The notes under the pieces are model-generated. The model was not told the origin of the DNA and searched no databases. It saw nothing but the letters and a program-made list of their open reading frames with translations. Both the position numbers and the translations under genes were made by a program. From Podarcis filfolensis (taxonomy: Eukaryota), in assembly GCA_964270895.1 (NCBI GenBank), contig OZ185437.1: a stretch of 64,000 bases of DNA, one strand, 5' to 3'. Shown here one piece after another: positions 1 to 11,365 of this stretch (its first letter is position 1; each line of letters begins with the position of its first letter).

Positions 1-479
1 ATAGGAGGTCAGCCTAAACAAAAAGGATTTTAAAACTCTTTTAGATATAGCGAGAACTAGCAATGCCAAATTATATTTTCCATTGTCAGAGGCACTAAGA
101 CAGGGAAGCATCCATGTATCTTGTGAACCTTATGCTAAACTAATCCACACTCTGGAACTGTATTTTGTGCCACTTAAAAATTCATATATACATACACTGT
201 AAATATAAGACACAGAGAGAGAGGTGTTCATTTTTTGGCAGAAGTAGTCGAACACAATTTGGAAAAGCCTCGAGGCAAAAGAATATAGGAAGATAGACAG
301 TTCCAAAGATAGACCGACTGGTTTGGAAAAGGATTAATGGCACTTCTGCACTGCGATGTTTCTCTGTGGCTCTTACAAGCCAACTCCTAAAGAAAGGAAA
401 GCCAGACAACATCCCAGAGGTTCAAGATGTGCTCCAAGTGTCTTGATGGGGAATATGTGGTAACTACTACCCACCTAGA

Positions 480-820
480 GGGACGTGGGTGGCGCTGTGG
501 TCTAACCACAGAGCCTAGGGCTTGCTGATCAGAAGGTCAGCGGTTCGAATCCCTGCGATGGGGTGAGCTCCCATTGCTCGGTCCCAGCTCCTGCCAATCT
601 AGAAGTTTGAAAACACATCAAAGTGCAAGTAGATAAATAGGTACCGCTCCGGCGGGAAGCTAAATGCCGTTTCCATGTGCTGCTCTGGTTCGCCAGAAGC
701 GGCTTAGTCATGCTGGCCACATGACCCGGAAGCTCCCTTGGCCAATAAAGCAAGGTGAGCGCCGCAACCCCAGAGTCGTAAGTGACTGGACTTAACGGTC
801 AGGGGTCCCTTTATCTTTAC
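480..820 (+). mobile_element. Sauria SINE (tRNA-related head, Bov-B-type tail)
   Basis: Head gggacgtgggtggcgctgtgg, B-box ggttcgaatcc, tail ggggtccctttatctttac. TSD tacccaccta at 468-477 and 821-830. Confidence 0.92.
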
Positions 821-1121
821 TACCCACCTAATCTCCCTTCCCCGATCACCTGCCTTTCAGAGAAAAGCAAGATCCTTTGCTGAAAAATCACTGATGCTCA
901 TCTAAATATGCCTGTGGCAGCGGGGCGGATGGGGAGTTGCAATCCAAGAAATACACTTAAACCAAGGGTTGGGGAAAGGAAACCTTCATTCACTGAAAAG
1001 TAGTAAACTGCAAAGAAAGTTGACCTTTTAGAATGGTTCACAGTCACATTTTCCATACACATAAGCAGTGGTAACATGCCCTCCAGGACTGAAGGGCATC
1101 AGCATGGACAGAACCATACAC

Positions 1122-1516
1122 CAGGGGTTGGCAACGTGCGGCCCATGGGCCGGATGCAGCCCATGAAGACCGTTTTACTGGTCCACGAGCCGCCCCCAAA
1201 CTGAGCCGCCCGCTCAGCGAGTCCCCCGCGTGCTGCACTAAACCAGTGCAGTGCGGCGCGGGAACTTCACCGAGCGGTGCCAGAAATTGCGTCTGCACAT
1301 GTGCAGATCCCGGAAATCGCGTCTGCACATGTCCAGACGCCAGAAATTGCTTCTGCACAGGTGCAATTTTCGGCACCTGGGCATGCGCAGAAGCGATTTC
1401 TGGCACGGTGGACATGCACAGATGCAATTTCCGGCATTGTGCTGTGCCAGTCTGGCCCATGGACGATTTCCATGGGAGTGATCCAGCCCATGGCCGATAA
1501 ACCTCGCTGATCCCTG
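1122..1516. mobile_element. hAT-Charlie-like MITE with an internal 30-bp repeat array
   Basis: Termini CAGGGGTTGGC / GCTGATCCCTG; perfect 8-bp TSD ccatacac at 1114-1121 and 1517-1524. Confidence 0.85.
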
Positions 1517-2609
1517 CCATACACAGTCACAGTCATGCCAGATTGCTGTTCCCTTTTGTTTCCTGAAAGAAGCACAATACTGCACCAATGGATTTAGATC
1601 CAGCTTCTGAGTGGCCTATAAGCCTAAGATAGGGTGGAAGCCAGTGGGGAAACAACATACACGCTCCTCACCCCATCACAGGGTTCAGCATCCACCCTGC
1701 CCAAACTGATTTGTGGCTATATCTTCATAACAGCTTTCTGAAAACACTTTGGAACATAATAATCACCACACACAAAGGGAAGGAAATATCACCTGTGCTA
1801 AAAGTGGTTCTGAATCTCTGGATGCTATCCTTCGATACAGATTTTTGTAACATTGAGCAGGGCCTCCCAAGATTGAAATCCAGGCCTCAGAGGTTGAAAT
1901 CTACCGAGAATTAGGAAACTTGTGTTCTAAGTTCTACCTGTTATCTTGCTTCATGTTGTAATCTAGACCAAGCAAAATGAAATATTTACACTTGTTCCCT
2001 GTTATCTGATAAGCCCAACTCACGCTCAGCTTCCTCTAAGGAAGAGATGGGGAGAAACTGGGATGATTTGCATTGACCAGCAAGACTTTCCAACTTTGAC
2101 TACTTCAATAATAGCAAATAAAAATAAACAAATCTCTTCCATGGCTGACCCTGTGCTAGTTGCTTCTCTCTCAGCCTCAAGAGTTCCTCTGCTGTAGGAG
2201 AGTACGAACTGGCTGCTCTTGACTACTGGCCAGTTTTAGAACTTGATATATACAAATCCAATCTGTATTAACCCCTATGCAAATTTGTACTTTTATGTGT
2301 ATGTCAGTGTATGGCTTAGGGCAGTCTTTACCAATGAGTGCCCTCAAGATGTTTTGGACTACAACTCCCATCAGCCCTAGCTAGCACGTGTTGGGTTATT
2401 TTAGATATATAGTCCAAAACAATGGGAAGGCGCCCAGCTGGCAAAGTCTGGTTTCTAGGTTGTGAAGCTTGACATTTAATTCACAAATGGAGTCAGTTTT
2501 GCCTTCCCAAGTCCAGACGCATTTGATTTTGTTCCACTGTTGGCTCCAGTTGGACTGTGGAAAGTTGGACAAGGGCACCCCTCTCGTTCACAATATCTTA
2601 TGATCAACA

Positions 2610-2968
2610 AGGCTCTGGAACTGGCTGTGGGAGTTCAGCCTGGATACGAGGAGAATGAGAGGAGATATGATGGTCATCGTCAAATATCTAAAGGGCTGTC
2701 ACATGGAAGATGGAGCAAACTTATTTTCTCCTGCTCCGGAGGGTAGGACCCAAACTAATGGCTTCAAGTTACAAGAAAGGAGATTCTGACTAAACCTCGG
2801 GAATAACTTTCTGACAGCAAGAGCTCTTTGACAGTGGAACAGACTCCCTCAGAAGGTTCCAGACTCTCCTTTCTTGGAGATTTCTAAGCATGGATGCTTT
2901 AGTTGAGATTCCTGCACTGCAGGTGGACTTGGTGAGCCTTGGGGTCCCTTCCAACTCTACAATTCTAT
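2610..2968 (+). mobile_element. CR1 LINE 3' fragment
   Basis: Decayed ORF2 C-terminus (…RGDMMVIVKYLKGCHMEDGANLFSPAPEGRTQTNGFKLQERRF…) and terminal ggtcccttccaactctacaattctat. Confidence 0.88.
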
Positions 2969-3689
2969 CACTGTGTCTTCTTCAGCTTTGGAAAACAAAA
3001 AATGAGATGCTATCTCCACAGAACATATGCTTAAAGAGCTCAAGCGTGTGTTGTGTCGCACTGCTGATGATGCGCGTTTGTTTGGACTAGCAGCAATTGG
3101 CAAGGGGACCAACAAGCTCCCATGTGGCTTGTGATTATCAGGCACACTGGAGTCAGGTTGACTGAAACAAACATGACAAGATTTGCTGCACTAGCACAGA
3201 AGTGGAGCATGAAAAGGGCACATCCAGGGAGTGGTTATTTTAGAAGTAGACACAATCTGCTCCTGTTGCGCACTTACATGGTCCTTTAAATCTACAGGCT
3301 CTGGGGGTTTCTTCCAGCACTTGTGCTTCTCTAATCACATGGCAAACAGGTCTAACTGTGAGACAAGCATGGAATGTACAGTTACGCACTTCCAACTTCC
3401 TTTATAGGCCTTTTTGAGGGCATGTCCTCATATTTCTTACCAGTACTTTTAACAGAAAAAAATATATTGTAGTTCTCTCCACTGCTCCTTTAATATTACC
3501 CTCTCTCATCTTTGACTATGAATCATTAAAAAAGAAAAAACGTGTATGACTAAATGAGTATCTCTGAGCATGAATGGAGTCCTTTTTCTCCACACTGAGC
3601 TCTTGCAATCTACTCCCACACAGTTAAGGAACAGGGCTTCCCCCTAGGGCAGGTGACAAGGCTCCCAGGAAATCCTCAACAGTAGCATC

Positions 3690-4066
3690 TTTCAATTTTA
3701 AGAACAAGATTGAACTTCTTTCCGCAGGGCCTGTAAGACAGAGCTATTCTGCCTGGCTTTCAATTTGAATTTAGCCTGATTTTTTATTCCCCTTCCTTCC
3801 CTCCCTCTCCCCTTTTTATGAAGATTACCCACTCTGGGATCCCACAGCTAATTCTCCCCTGGTCTCCTCGCTGGCCCAAATAGGACTAATTTAGCCAGCT
3901 AGCTCTGGTGATCATCTAATGTTTATTGGATGGATTTTCCATCTAAATTGTTTTATGCTGTTTTTGTTGCAGCAATTAAGTGTTTTAAATTTGTTGTTAG
4001 CTGCCCTGAGCCCGGTTTTCTGAATCGGGAAGGGCAGGGTATAAATAAAATTATTATTATTATTAT
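3690..4066 (+). mobile_element. L2-type LINE 3' end
   Basis: gttagctgccctgagcccgg...gggcagggtataaataaaattattattatt tail; a similar tail lies at ~8700-8880. Confidence 0.7.
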
Positions 4067-4641
4067 TAACAGAATCCCGATGACACAATCTGTTCTTGGT
4101 AACCTTTGCACAACTTGCAATTTCTGGTGTTCTCGCACACCATTGCTAAACTTTTATATCTACATACTTTTAGCCCTACTTTGTGCTATGTCCCCAGCTG
4201 GGATTGTGAGCTGCTAATTTACCCACAACAGCAGCTGGCATATCATTACAAAATAAAAAAGGCATCTTGTTTACAATGTGCCAGGTTAGAACAATGCAAT
4301 CTTTAGAGAGTCAGGAGCAAGGTTACTGTTCTAAAAGGTACTTTGCTTTCCCTGAAATGGTTAGGATTGACACTCAAGGAAACGTTCTCAAGGTTAGGTG
4401 GAAAATGAGAGTATGAAGGTCAAGCAAGGAAATTATCACAACCTGCACAAGCTGAATCACCTCCCCCCCCACCCCACGTTGCCCTGTGGGAAAGAACATG
4501 CCTTACACCAAGTCAGACCATTGGTTGATCCAGCTCATCACTGTCAACACTAGGGCTGGGTGAGATATTGATATATAGCCGGAAACCAGTTTGAAGTCCA
4601 TAATGTGATATTGGTTTGTTAAGTTTGGACCTGGCAATATA

Positions 4642-4884
4642 CAGTCGGTACCTTGGATCCTGACCACCTTGGTACTAGGGATGTTTTGGATCCCAAACAT
4701 CGCAAACCCAGAAATGAGTATTCCGGTTTGCTAACGTTCTTTGGAACCCGAATGTCCGGCAGGGCTTCCGATTGGCTGCAGGAGCTTCCTGCAGCCAATC
4801 AGAAGCCACGCTTTGATTTCCGAACATTTTGGAAGTTGAACGGACTTTCGGAACGGATTCCATTTGACTTCCAAGGTACGACTG
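4642..4884. mobile_element. Tigger/pogo-like MITE (family B)
   Basis: TIR CAGTCG(G)TACCTTGG / CCAAGGTACGACTG with TA on the left and CA on the right. Same family as 23729-23977, in opposite orientation. Confidence 0.8.
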
Positions 4885-4978
4885 CATCGTGAATCATGAT
4901 GTGCGTGTGTGTTGTGCAAAAATCACAATGTGGGAATTACGTGAAAGCCAGCCAATGCCTCTGTATAACTCCATCTTA

Positions 4979-5480
4979 CCGTATTTTTCACCCCATAGGA
5001 CGCACTTTTTCCCCTCCAAAAATGAAGGGGAAATGTGTGTGCGTCCTATGGGGCGAATGCAGGCTTTCGCTGAAGCCTGGAGAGCGAGAGGGGTCGGTGC
5101 GCACCGACCCCTCTTGCTCTCCAGGCTTCAGGAAGCTATCCCCCCAGCCCGGCAAGCTCCCAGAGCGATGCCAAAGCTGTGCGCAGCTTCGCCATCGCTC
5201 TGGGACCCATTCTGGGGGCTGGGGTCGGGGGAAGCTCGGGCTTCCCCTGCCCCCAGCCGCGCAAGCTCCCAGAGCGATGCCGAAGGTGCGCGCACCTTCG
5301 CCATCACTCTCCGACCCGTTCTAGCTCCCGTTCTGGGGGCTGGGGTCGGGGAAAGCTCGGGCTTCCCCCGCCCCAGCCCCGCGCCTGGGGGGGGAAATAA
5401 TTTTTTTCCCTTTATTTCCCCCCCCCCCAAATCTAGGTGCGTCCTATGGGCCGGTGCGTCCTATAGGGCGAAAAATACGG
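4979..5480. mobile_element. TcMar-Tc2 (Kanga-like) MITE
   Basis: 27-bp TIR CCGTATTTTTC[A/G]CCC[C/T]ATAGGACGCAC with TA TSD at 4977-4978 and 5481-5482. CpG-rich palindromic interior. Confidence 0.85.
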
Positions 5481-6020
5481 TATTTCAGTCATTGTGAGAT
5501 ATAGGTATATTGTGATGTTTCACTGCTGATATATCACTATGTTGAAAACCAAATATCACCCAGCCCTAGTCAACACTAACTAGCAGTGCATTTCCAGGAT
5601 TTTGGACGTTTCATGTTGGTGACTGAATCAGAGTATCTGCAAAGCAGATGTTCTACCACAGACCTATTGCCTTTTAAATAAGGAAGAATCCTGAAGTCTT
5701 GCTATATAGTATTAACATTGCTTATTGTATTCTGTGTGTGTGCATGCTCACTCTTGTAATAAACAGCTTTGTTTGTTTTTTGAATAGCAGAGTAGCTTAT
5801 ACATGCACAGTTGTCATTATGTTTTTAAAAGGATGAAATAGAAATCTACTCAGTTAAAAATGGAACAATTAAGCACAATTAGTTATTCTAACAAAAGGAT
5901 ACTAGAACTAAAGCTATTTTACTTTGTAAGGATTAAATATGCAATTTTCCCTTGTTGATTGTTTAGAGTAAATGACAAAGGCAAAGCATCCAGCTGCTTC
6001 AGTTGAAGCCATGGAATTAA

Positions 6021-6379
6021 GGGACCAGTCGCGGGTGGCGCTGTGGGTTAAACCATAGAGCCTAGGATTTGCCAATCAGAAGGTCGGCGGTTCGAATCCC
6101 CACGATGGGGTGAGCTCCCGTTGCTCAGTCCCTGCTCCTGCCAACCTAGCAGTTTGAAAGCACGTCAAAGTGCAAGTAGATAAATAGGTACTGCTCTAGC
6201 GGGAAGGTAAATGGCGTTTCCGTGTGCTGCTCTGGTTCGCCAGAAGCGGCTTAGTCATGCTGGCCACATGACCCGGAAGCTGTACGCCGGCTCCCTCAGC
6301 CAATAAAGCGAGATGAGCGCCGCAACCTCAGAGTCGGTCACGACTGGACTTAAATGGTCAGGGATCTCTTTACCTTTAC
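6021..6379 (+). mobile_element. Sauria SINE
   Basis: Full-length match to the other copies. Direct repeat ggcaaagcatc at 5980-5990 and 6380-6390. Confidence 0.92.
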
Positions 6380-7684
6380 GGCAAAGCATCAACATATCCC
6401 AGGGCTTTTCCCCACACCTTTTGAGTCCTACAACCTTCCTTGGGGCTGCTTAAGGAAGTAAGTCTGTATACCCAGAGGCAAGAAAGCTGAGGTCAGGGAG
6501 CTTGTGCCCTTAGCTCCCCCATTATATATTTGTTTTAATATTTTTAAAATTATAAACCACCACATTGGATGCCTGAGTAGAAAGGCAGTATAGAAATCAT
6601 TCCCTGTACCAAATCCCATGACAATCAAACTCAGCATGCAGTTACTGATGAATTTGTGTGAAGCTGCCTTAGGACCTGCATTTAAATTGCAAGAATAAAC
6701 AATACAACTATCTTTTGATTATCGTTCTCAAATACAAAAGAAAATGTTTTAGCACACAAATCATTTTGAATACACTTGTGAATTGTGATGTTAAAGTTTA
6801 AAATTTTATGTCTCTTAAAAGTTTTGATTTCAGGCACATCAAAATCTCACTGTGAACACCTTTTTCTTTGCACATTTTGTCACTAATTCCTTCAGTCAAG
6901 CGCTGATGCATGCCAAGCCAACTCTTTTGCAACATTGTTGAGTGTATGTAAGTTTTTATAAGTATGAGCTATGAGAGACTATGTTCACCACTTGCCACTG
7001 ACAATGGAATTTTGAGAAGGATCCTTGGAACAAAAGAAACATTAGACACATCATCCATAACTCTTTATGGCAGCACAGGCTATGGAAGACTTCAAGCTAT
7101 TGCTGTAAGTTCACCACACAGTTCTTCAGCATCTTCGTTTCCATTGAGCATCCATGATTTCTGCAATTTTTGCAAGCCTCAAGTACACCTTCAGTAGATT
7201 TTTAGTTGATACTATATACTGTATCTATTTCATATATACATTTTTTAAAAAATCTAATGTATGAATTACTTCAAAGATGATAAAATTCTTCAAAATGTAA
7301 AAGGAAAATCTTATCAGAAATTTATAACAAAAACTAATTTGTAGAAAACTGTGCCCCTCAAAAGTCAGTACTGCACTCCTCTGAAGTCTGCACCCTAGTT
7401 GGCCTAATGATATAACCCACCCTGGTCATAGGCTAGCAGCAGCTAAGCTCACATTTTCAGTGTTGTTGTTGCTATTAATTAATTAAACTCATACGCCACC
7501 CTGGAGACCACACTTTCTATAGTGTACCATAACTGTGATCAGCTAAGTGCCTCTAAGACAACAGCCAGCAATACACTTTTCACTTTCCTTGGGTAGGAAA
7601 ACAGAAACATAAAAGGATGAATTTGGGAGTGCTCATTTAAAAGGGAAACACAAAAACGCCCAAAATATTACTGATGGCAGAAAT

Positions 7685-7823
7685 CAGGATTAGGCAAACT
7701 CGGCCCTCCAGATGTTTTCAGACTACAACTCCCATCATCCCTACCTAACGGGACCAGTGGTCAGGGATGATGGGAATTGTAGTCCCAAAAAACATCTGGA
7801 GGACCCGAGTTTGCCTATGCCTG
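7685..7823. mobile_element. Palindromic hAT-like MITE (139 bp)
   Basis: Near-complete fold-back (actacaactcccatcatccct / agggatgatgggaattgtagt); TSD gcagaaat at 7677-7684 and 7824-7831. Degraded relatives near 2320, 13930, 22400 and 53715. Confidence 0.88.
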
Positions 7824-8059
7824 GCAGAAATAATAACACCCACACTGAAGATCTTCCTGCACTAAGAGCTTGCTGGGCATCTTTCACGAACTACAGTACA
7901 GTATATTCAAATCAGGGAGGCATTTTAAATGTTTTACCACTCCCTGGTAAAGAGGAAGTCTGCAGGGCACAGTTCCCTCCGGCGTTCTCCAGTCCTCCAT
8001 GGAAGGCCCATAGCAGGGATCCACCCCCAGGGGGAGAGTCCTGGGAGATTCCCCTTTTC

Positions 8060-8630
8060 CCCTCTTACCTAAGGTGACCTCTTCTTCCCACCCACTCGCA
8101 TCGCGGTCTTACTTTGCTGCCCGCAGCCCTTTGCACCGGATTCAGTCCAAGGCTGTAATCCTTGAAAGCCAGAAAGACGCCCGGAAGTCGGGAGCTGCCG
8201 GGCAGAAAGCGCTCGCTGCCCCGCGCCTCCGAGACCCTCACCTGGCTGGGTCGCGCCGCCCGGCCGGCCGGATTCTGCCGCGACCCGAAGCCACGAGTTC
8301 CAGGACTTCTTCACCTGGCCGCCCGGCTCCTTAACCCCTCCGACGGCTCTTCCGCTCCTGATTGGCTCCGGCGCGTTCTCTTTCTCGAAAGGCTGCTTTC
8401 GGAATGCCGCGTCTCCTCATTGACGCAGGCGGCTGCCGCTCAGGAAATGCCCAGCCTTCTGCCCAATGAGGAAGATGGGCAGGGCGGCAATCGACCAATG
8501 GGAAGCAAGCCTCGTCAGTATTTCCTCTGTTGGGTGTGTGTGTTTTTTAAAGGTCTGTGCTGCAAATAAACAGCAACGCGTTGGGAGCCCGGTAGGGAAA
8601 TGAGGTCGAATCTGTGGCTCGCGGCTACGG
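8060..8630 (-). promoter_or_regulatory. CpG-island promoter of a minus-strand gene divergent from ITPKB (PSEN2 suspected from synteny only)
   Basis: CpG rich; ETS site CCGGAAGT 8181-8188, ATTGG 8361, CCAAT 8463 and 8495, GGGCGG 8482. Minus-strand donors CAG|GTGAGG (8241) and TAG|GTAAGA (8078). No recognisable coding sequence. Confidence 0.65.
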
Positions 8631-8879
8631 ATGCATGAGAAGGGAATGCAATAGTTTTGTCACCTTCTGCAATTCCTGTCTATAAATCTGCACTGCTGGT
8701 TGATTGCATTTCTTCTCCTGTGATGAGGCTGCATTTTAATGTTGTATTTTAATCTTGTTTTTAAGTTGTATTCAATCAACTGGTTTTTATTATTGGTTGT
8801 TAGCCGCCCTGAGCCCGGCCTTGGCTGGGGAGGGTGGGGTATAAATAAAATTTATTTTGTTGTTGTTGTTGTTGTTATT

Positions 8880-9045
8880 CTGCTTTTCCTCCAAGGGGCT
8901 CAAGGTGGAAAACCTTGTTCTGCCCCCCCCCACCTCGTGTCCTCAACAGCAGCCCTGTGAGGTAGGCTGGGCGGAAAGGCATTGACGGATTTGAACCCTG
9001 ATCTCCCAGGGCCTGGTTCAACACTCTGACCACTGCACCACGCTA
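8880..9045 (-). mobile_element. Degraded MIR/CORE-type SINE
   Basis: Motifs caacagcagccctgtgaggtaggctggg and tttgaaccctgatctccc...gaccactgcaccac. Confidence 0.6.
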
Positions 9046-9603
9046 TTAATAACATGCATGTGGCTGAGAGAGATGTCTTTGTTGAGGTAGCTGTGTAGTG
9101 CATCCAGTCACAAAGTCACTTGAACGTACGGTCCTAAAGATATGTAATAAACTAATTGTGAGGATATCAGTTTTGTGAGGGATGCAGGGCAAATCTCAAC
9201 CATGTTTGCTCAAAAGCAAGCCGCATGTTTACTGTACATTCTATTTTGTATTTTAAGGACAAGTTTAAACTGCCCAGAGGACTGAATTAAAAGGGTGGTA
9301 TGTTGTCACTTCCAAGTAATAATGCTTAGGACAGCAAGCTGAGTTTGCATTTGAATCTAGAGGCCTTAGAGGCCAAAACACTGCTCCTTAAAAACTGGGC
9401 AGATACTTATTTCCCCAGAAGAACAGCTCAGCCCTAAACATGCATATTCAGAAGTAAATTACAGAGCGTTACAATGAGTTTTCCTTGCAAGTTTGTTGAA
9501 GATTTCACTCACAAACTAATTTTCCCACACGCTCTTACAGCTACACAGTGGCATGACTTCTGTTTTATCTATCTGTCTTAATTTTTTAAAAAAAATCAAC
9601 TGA

Positions 9604-9930
9604 TAGTGTAGTGCCAGCCGAGAACCTGGATGACCAGGGTTCAAATCTCCACCTAGCCATGGAGCTCACTTGGTGAATTTGGGCCAGTCACTGCCTCTCA
9701 GCCTGACCCACCTCACAGGGTTGTTGTGGGGGTTAAATGAGGAAAGGAAGAACCAACGCCAGAACTCACCATGAACGCCTCCCTTGTTCTCTTGTAATGG
9801 CAATGGTGCCCACCTGAGAGGTGCTGGAACTGAGTTCTGGCAGAAAACCCCCCTGGGAAGAACCATGTACGCCACCTTGAGCTTGGAGAAAAAATATGGA
9901 ATATAAATGCAATAAATAAATAAATAACCA
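9604..9930 (+). mobile_element. MIR/CORE-type SINE interrupted by a hAT-like MITE (9754-9855)
   Basis: CORE-like ttgggccagtcactgcctctcagcct...cctcacagggttgttgtg and an aataaataa tail. Inner element flanked by 8-bp TSD ggaagaac at 9746-9753 and 9856-9863. Confidence 0.75.
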
Positions 9931-10839
9931 GCCAAGGAACAAATTATTCTACCAGCTTACGTTTTATTAAGAACTTTTTTGAACAGTTTCCTGTGCCTGC
10001 TCACACTGTGAGAAGGGATATATATTTTTCAGGATTTTGTTTCTAACCGCAGCTATTAAGAACCCTGCAGGCGGAATCTCCCTTCACATTCTACTTTTCT
10101 AAATAGATCACATGCCAAACAGCTGACCCTGGAGGAAACTTAATTATTGTTTCTAGTCATTCTTTGATTCATAATTGTCAAGCTTCCTGAGGAAATAATT
10201 ATAAGTGTAGTGTTGTGGTTAGACTGTTAGATTTAAACCTGAGGGGACTCTCGTTCCAATCTCCACCCAACCACAAGGCTAAGATATTTTGTTGCCTGAA
10301 GTAACACCACCCTGCTAGAGCCAACACTTTTAAAAGTCTTGCTAGAGTATTTGGACACCAATTCCCTCCCCCCACCCCCTGGTTCCATATGAACATATTT
10401 ATTATAGGAGTTTTTCTAAGTTTTCAACTCATTAAAAATATTATGTCAATGTATAATATAATGAGTGGCTCCAGGATCTAGTAAAAAAACTACTTTGAAG
10501 TGAAATTGTATTCCTGGGAAGCCCATTGAATTCAACCCCCTAGCCTCATACACAATAGACCACACAACAAAGCTGTATTAAAAAAAAAACATTCTTGTTA
10601 CATAGGCTTTTGGCCCACTTGAAAATGTGTTATAATTGGGTTTGGTTTTTTTACTGATGTTTTACCTGCCTTTGTTTTATCACTGTCAATTTCATTGCTC
10701 TTGTATTGTATTATGCTGTCTTTGTAATGTTGCTGTTAGCCACCTCCAGTACCATTCAGTGGAAAGGTAGGTTACAAATTTAACAAATAAATAACTCCCT
10801 TTTGTTGACTTTTATTGGGAAAAGGGGAGTGGGAGGCCA

Positions 10840-11365
10840 AACCTATTAATTTTCCTTGATCTCATAGCATTTGATGTCATTGACTATACAATGGTACCTC
10901 GAGTTACAGACGCTTCAGGTTACAGACGCTTCAGGTTACAGACTCCGCTAACCCAGAAATAGTACCTCGGGTTAAGAACTTTGCATCAGGTTGAGAACAA
11001 AAATTGTGCAGCAGCGGTGCGGTGGCAGCAGGAGGCCCCATTAGCTAAAGTGGTACCTCAGGTTAAGAACAGTTTTAGATTAAGAACAGACCTCCAGAAT
11101 GAATTAAGTTCTTAACCTGAGGTACCACTGTAGTGTCCTTCTAGATTGCATTGCAAGCTTCCTTTCTTATCTGCAGGACCAGAGTGTTGCACAGTGAGGC
11201 TCCTTGCTTATGTCCTTGTTGCACAGCCCCATGGTATTTCTACTATGGGGTTCTGTAAGGCAACATCATGTCTCTAACGTTCTTTAATACCTATATGAAA
11301 TTGTTAGGAGCTGGGGATTTGGTGTCCAGTATCACCCATATGAATATGACGCCCAACTCCATCTT
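10840..11365 (+). mobile_element. L2 LINE reverse-transcriptase fragment (decayed)
   Basis: Remnants of LDLxxAFD, GVPQGSILSPxLFNxYM and HQYADDTQL motifs; split by a MITE. Confidence 0.7.
10889..11130. mobile_element. Tigger-like MITE (family A), inserted in an L2 RT fragment
   Basis: TIR CA(A)TGGTACCTC / GAGGTACCACTG, TA TSD. Confidence 0.88.

Larger units (their letters stand above)
4551..5568. mobile_element. hAT-like MITE hosting two further insertions
   Basis: TIRs TAGGGCTGGGTGA / TCACCCAGCCCTA; perfect 8-bp TSD gtcaacac at 4543-4550 and 5569-5576. Confidence 0.85.
4492..5671 (-). mobile_element. tRNA-derived SINE (possibly Squam2-type) split by nested DNA transposons; SINE parts 4492-4550 and 5569-5671
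   Basis: The left part (cagaccattgg...gtcaacac) and right part (gtcaacactaactagcag...tgcaaagcagatgttctaccac) join into one element; related copies lie near 22025 and 46400. Confidence 0.65.

Noticed and set aside
1044-1588. Overlapping Cys/repeat-rich ORFs
   Set aside because: Translations of the 30-bp array inside the hAT MITE.
4889-5497. 202-aa and 142-aa Pro/Ala-rich ORFs
   Set aside because: They lie in the GC-rich Tc2-like MITE, with no transposase (DDE) motif.
1-8079. PSEN2 coding exons
   Set aside because: No SDSEEE...ERTSLMSAESP or LKYGAKHVIMLFVPV-like frame found; the identity rests on synteny only.
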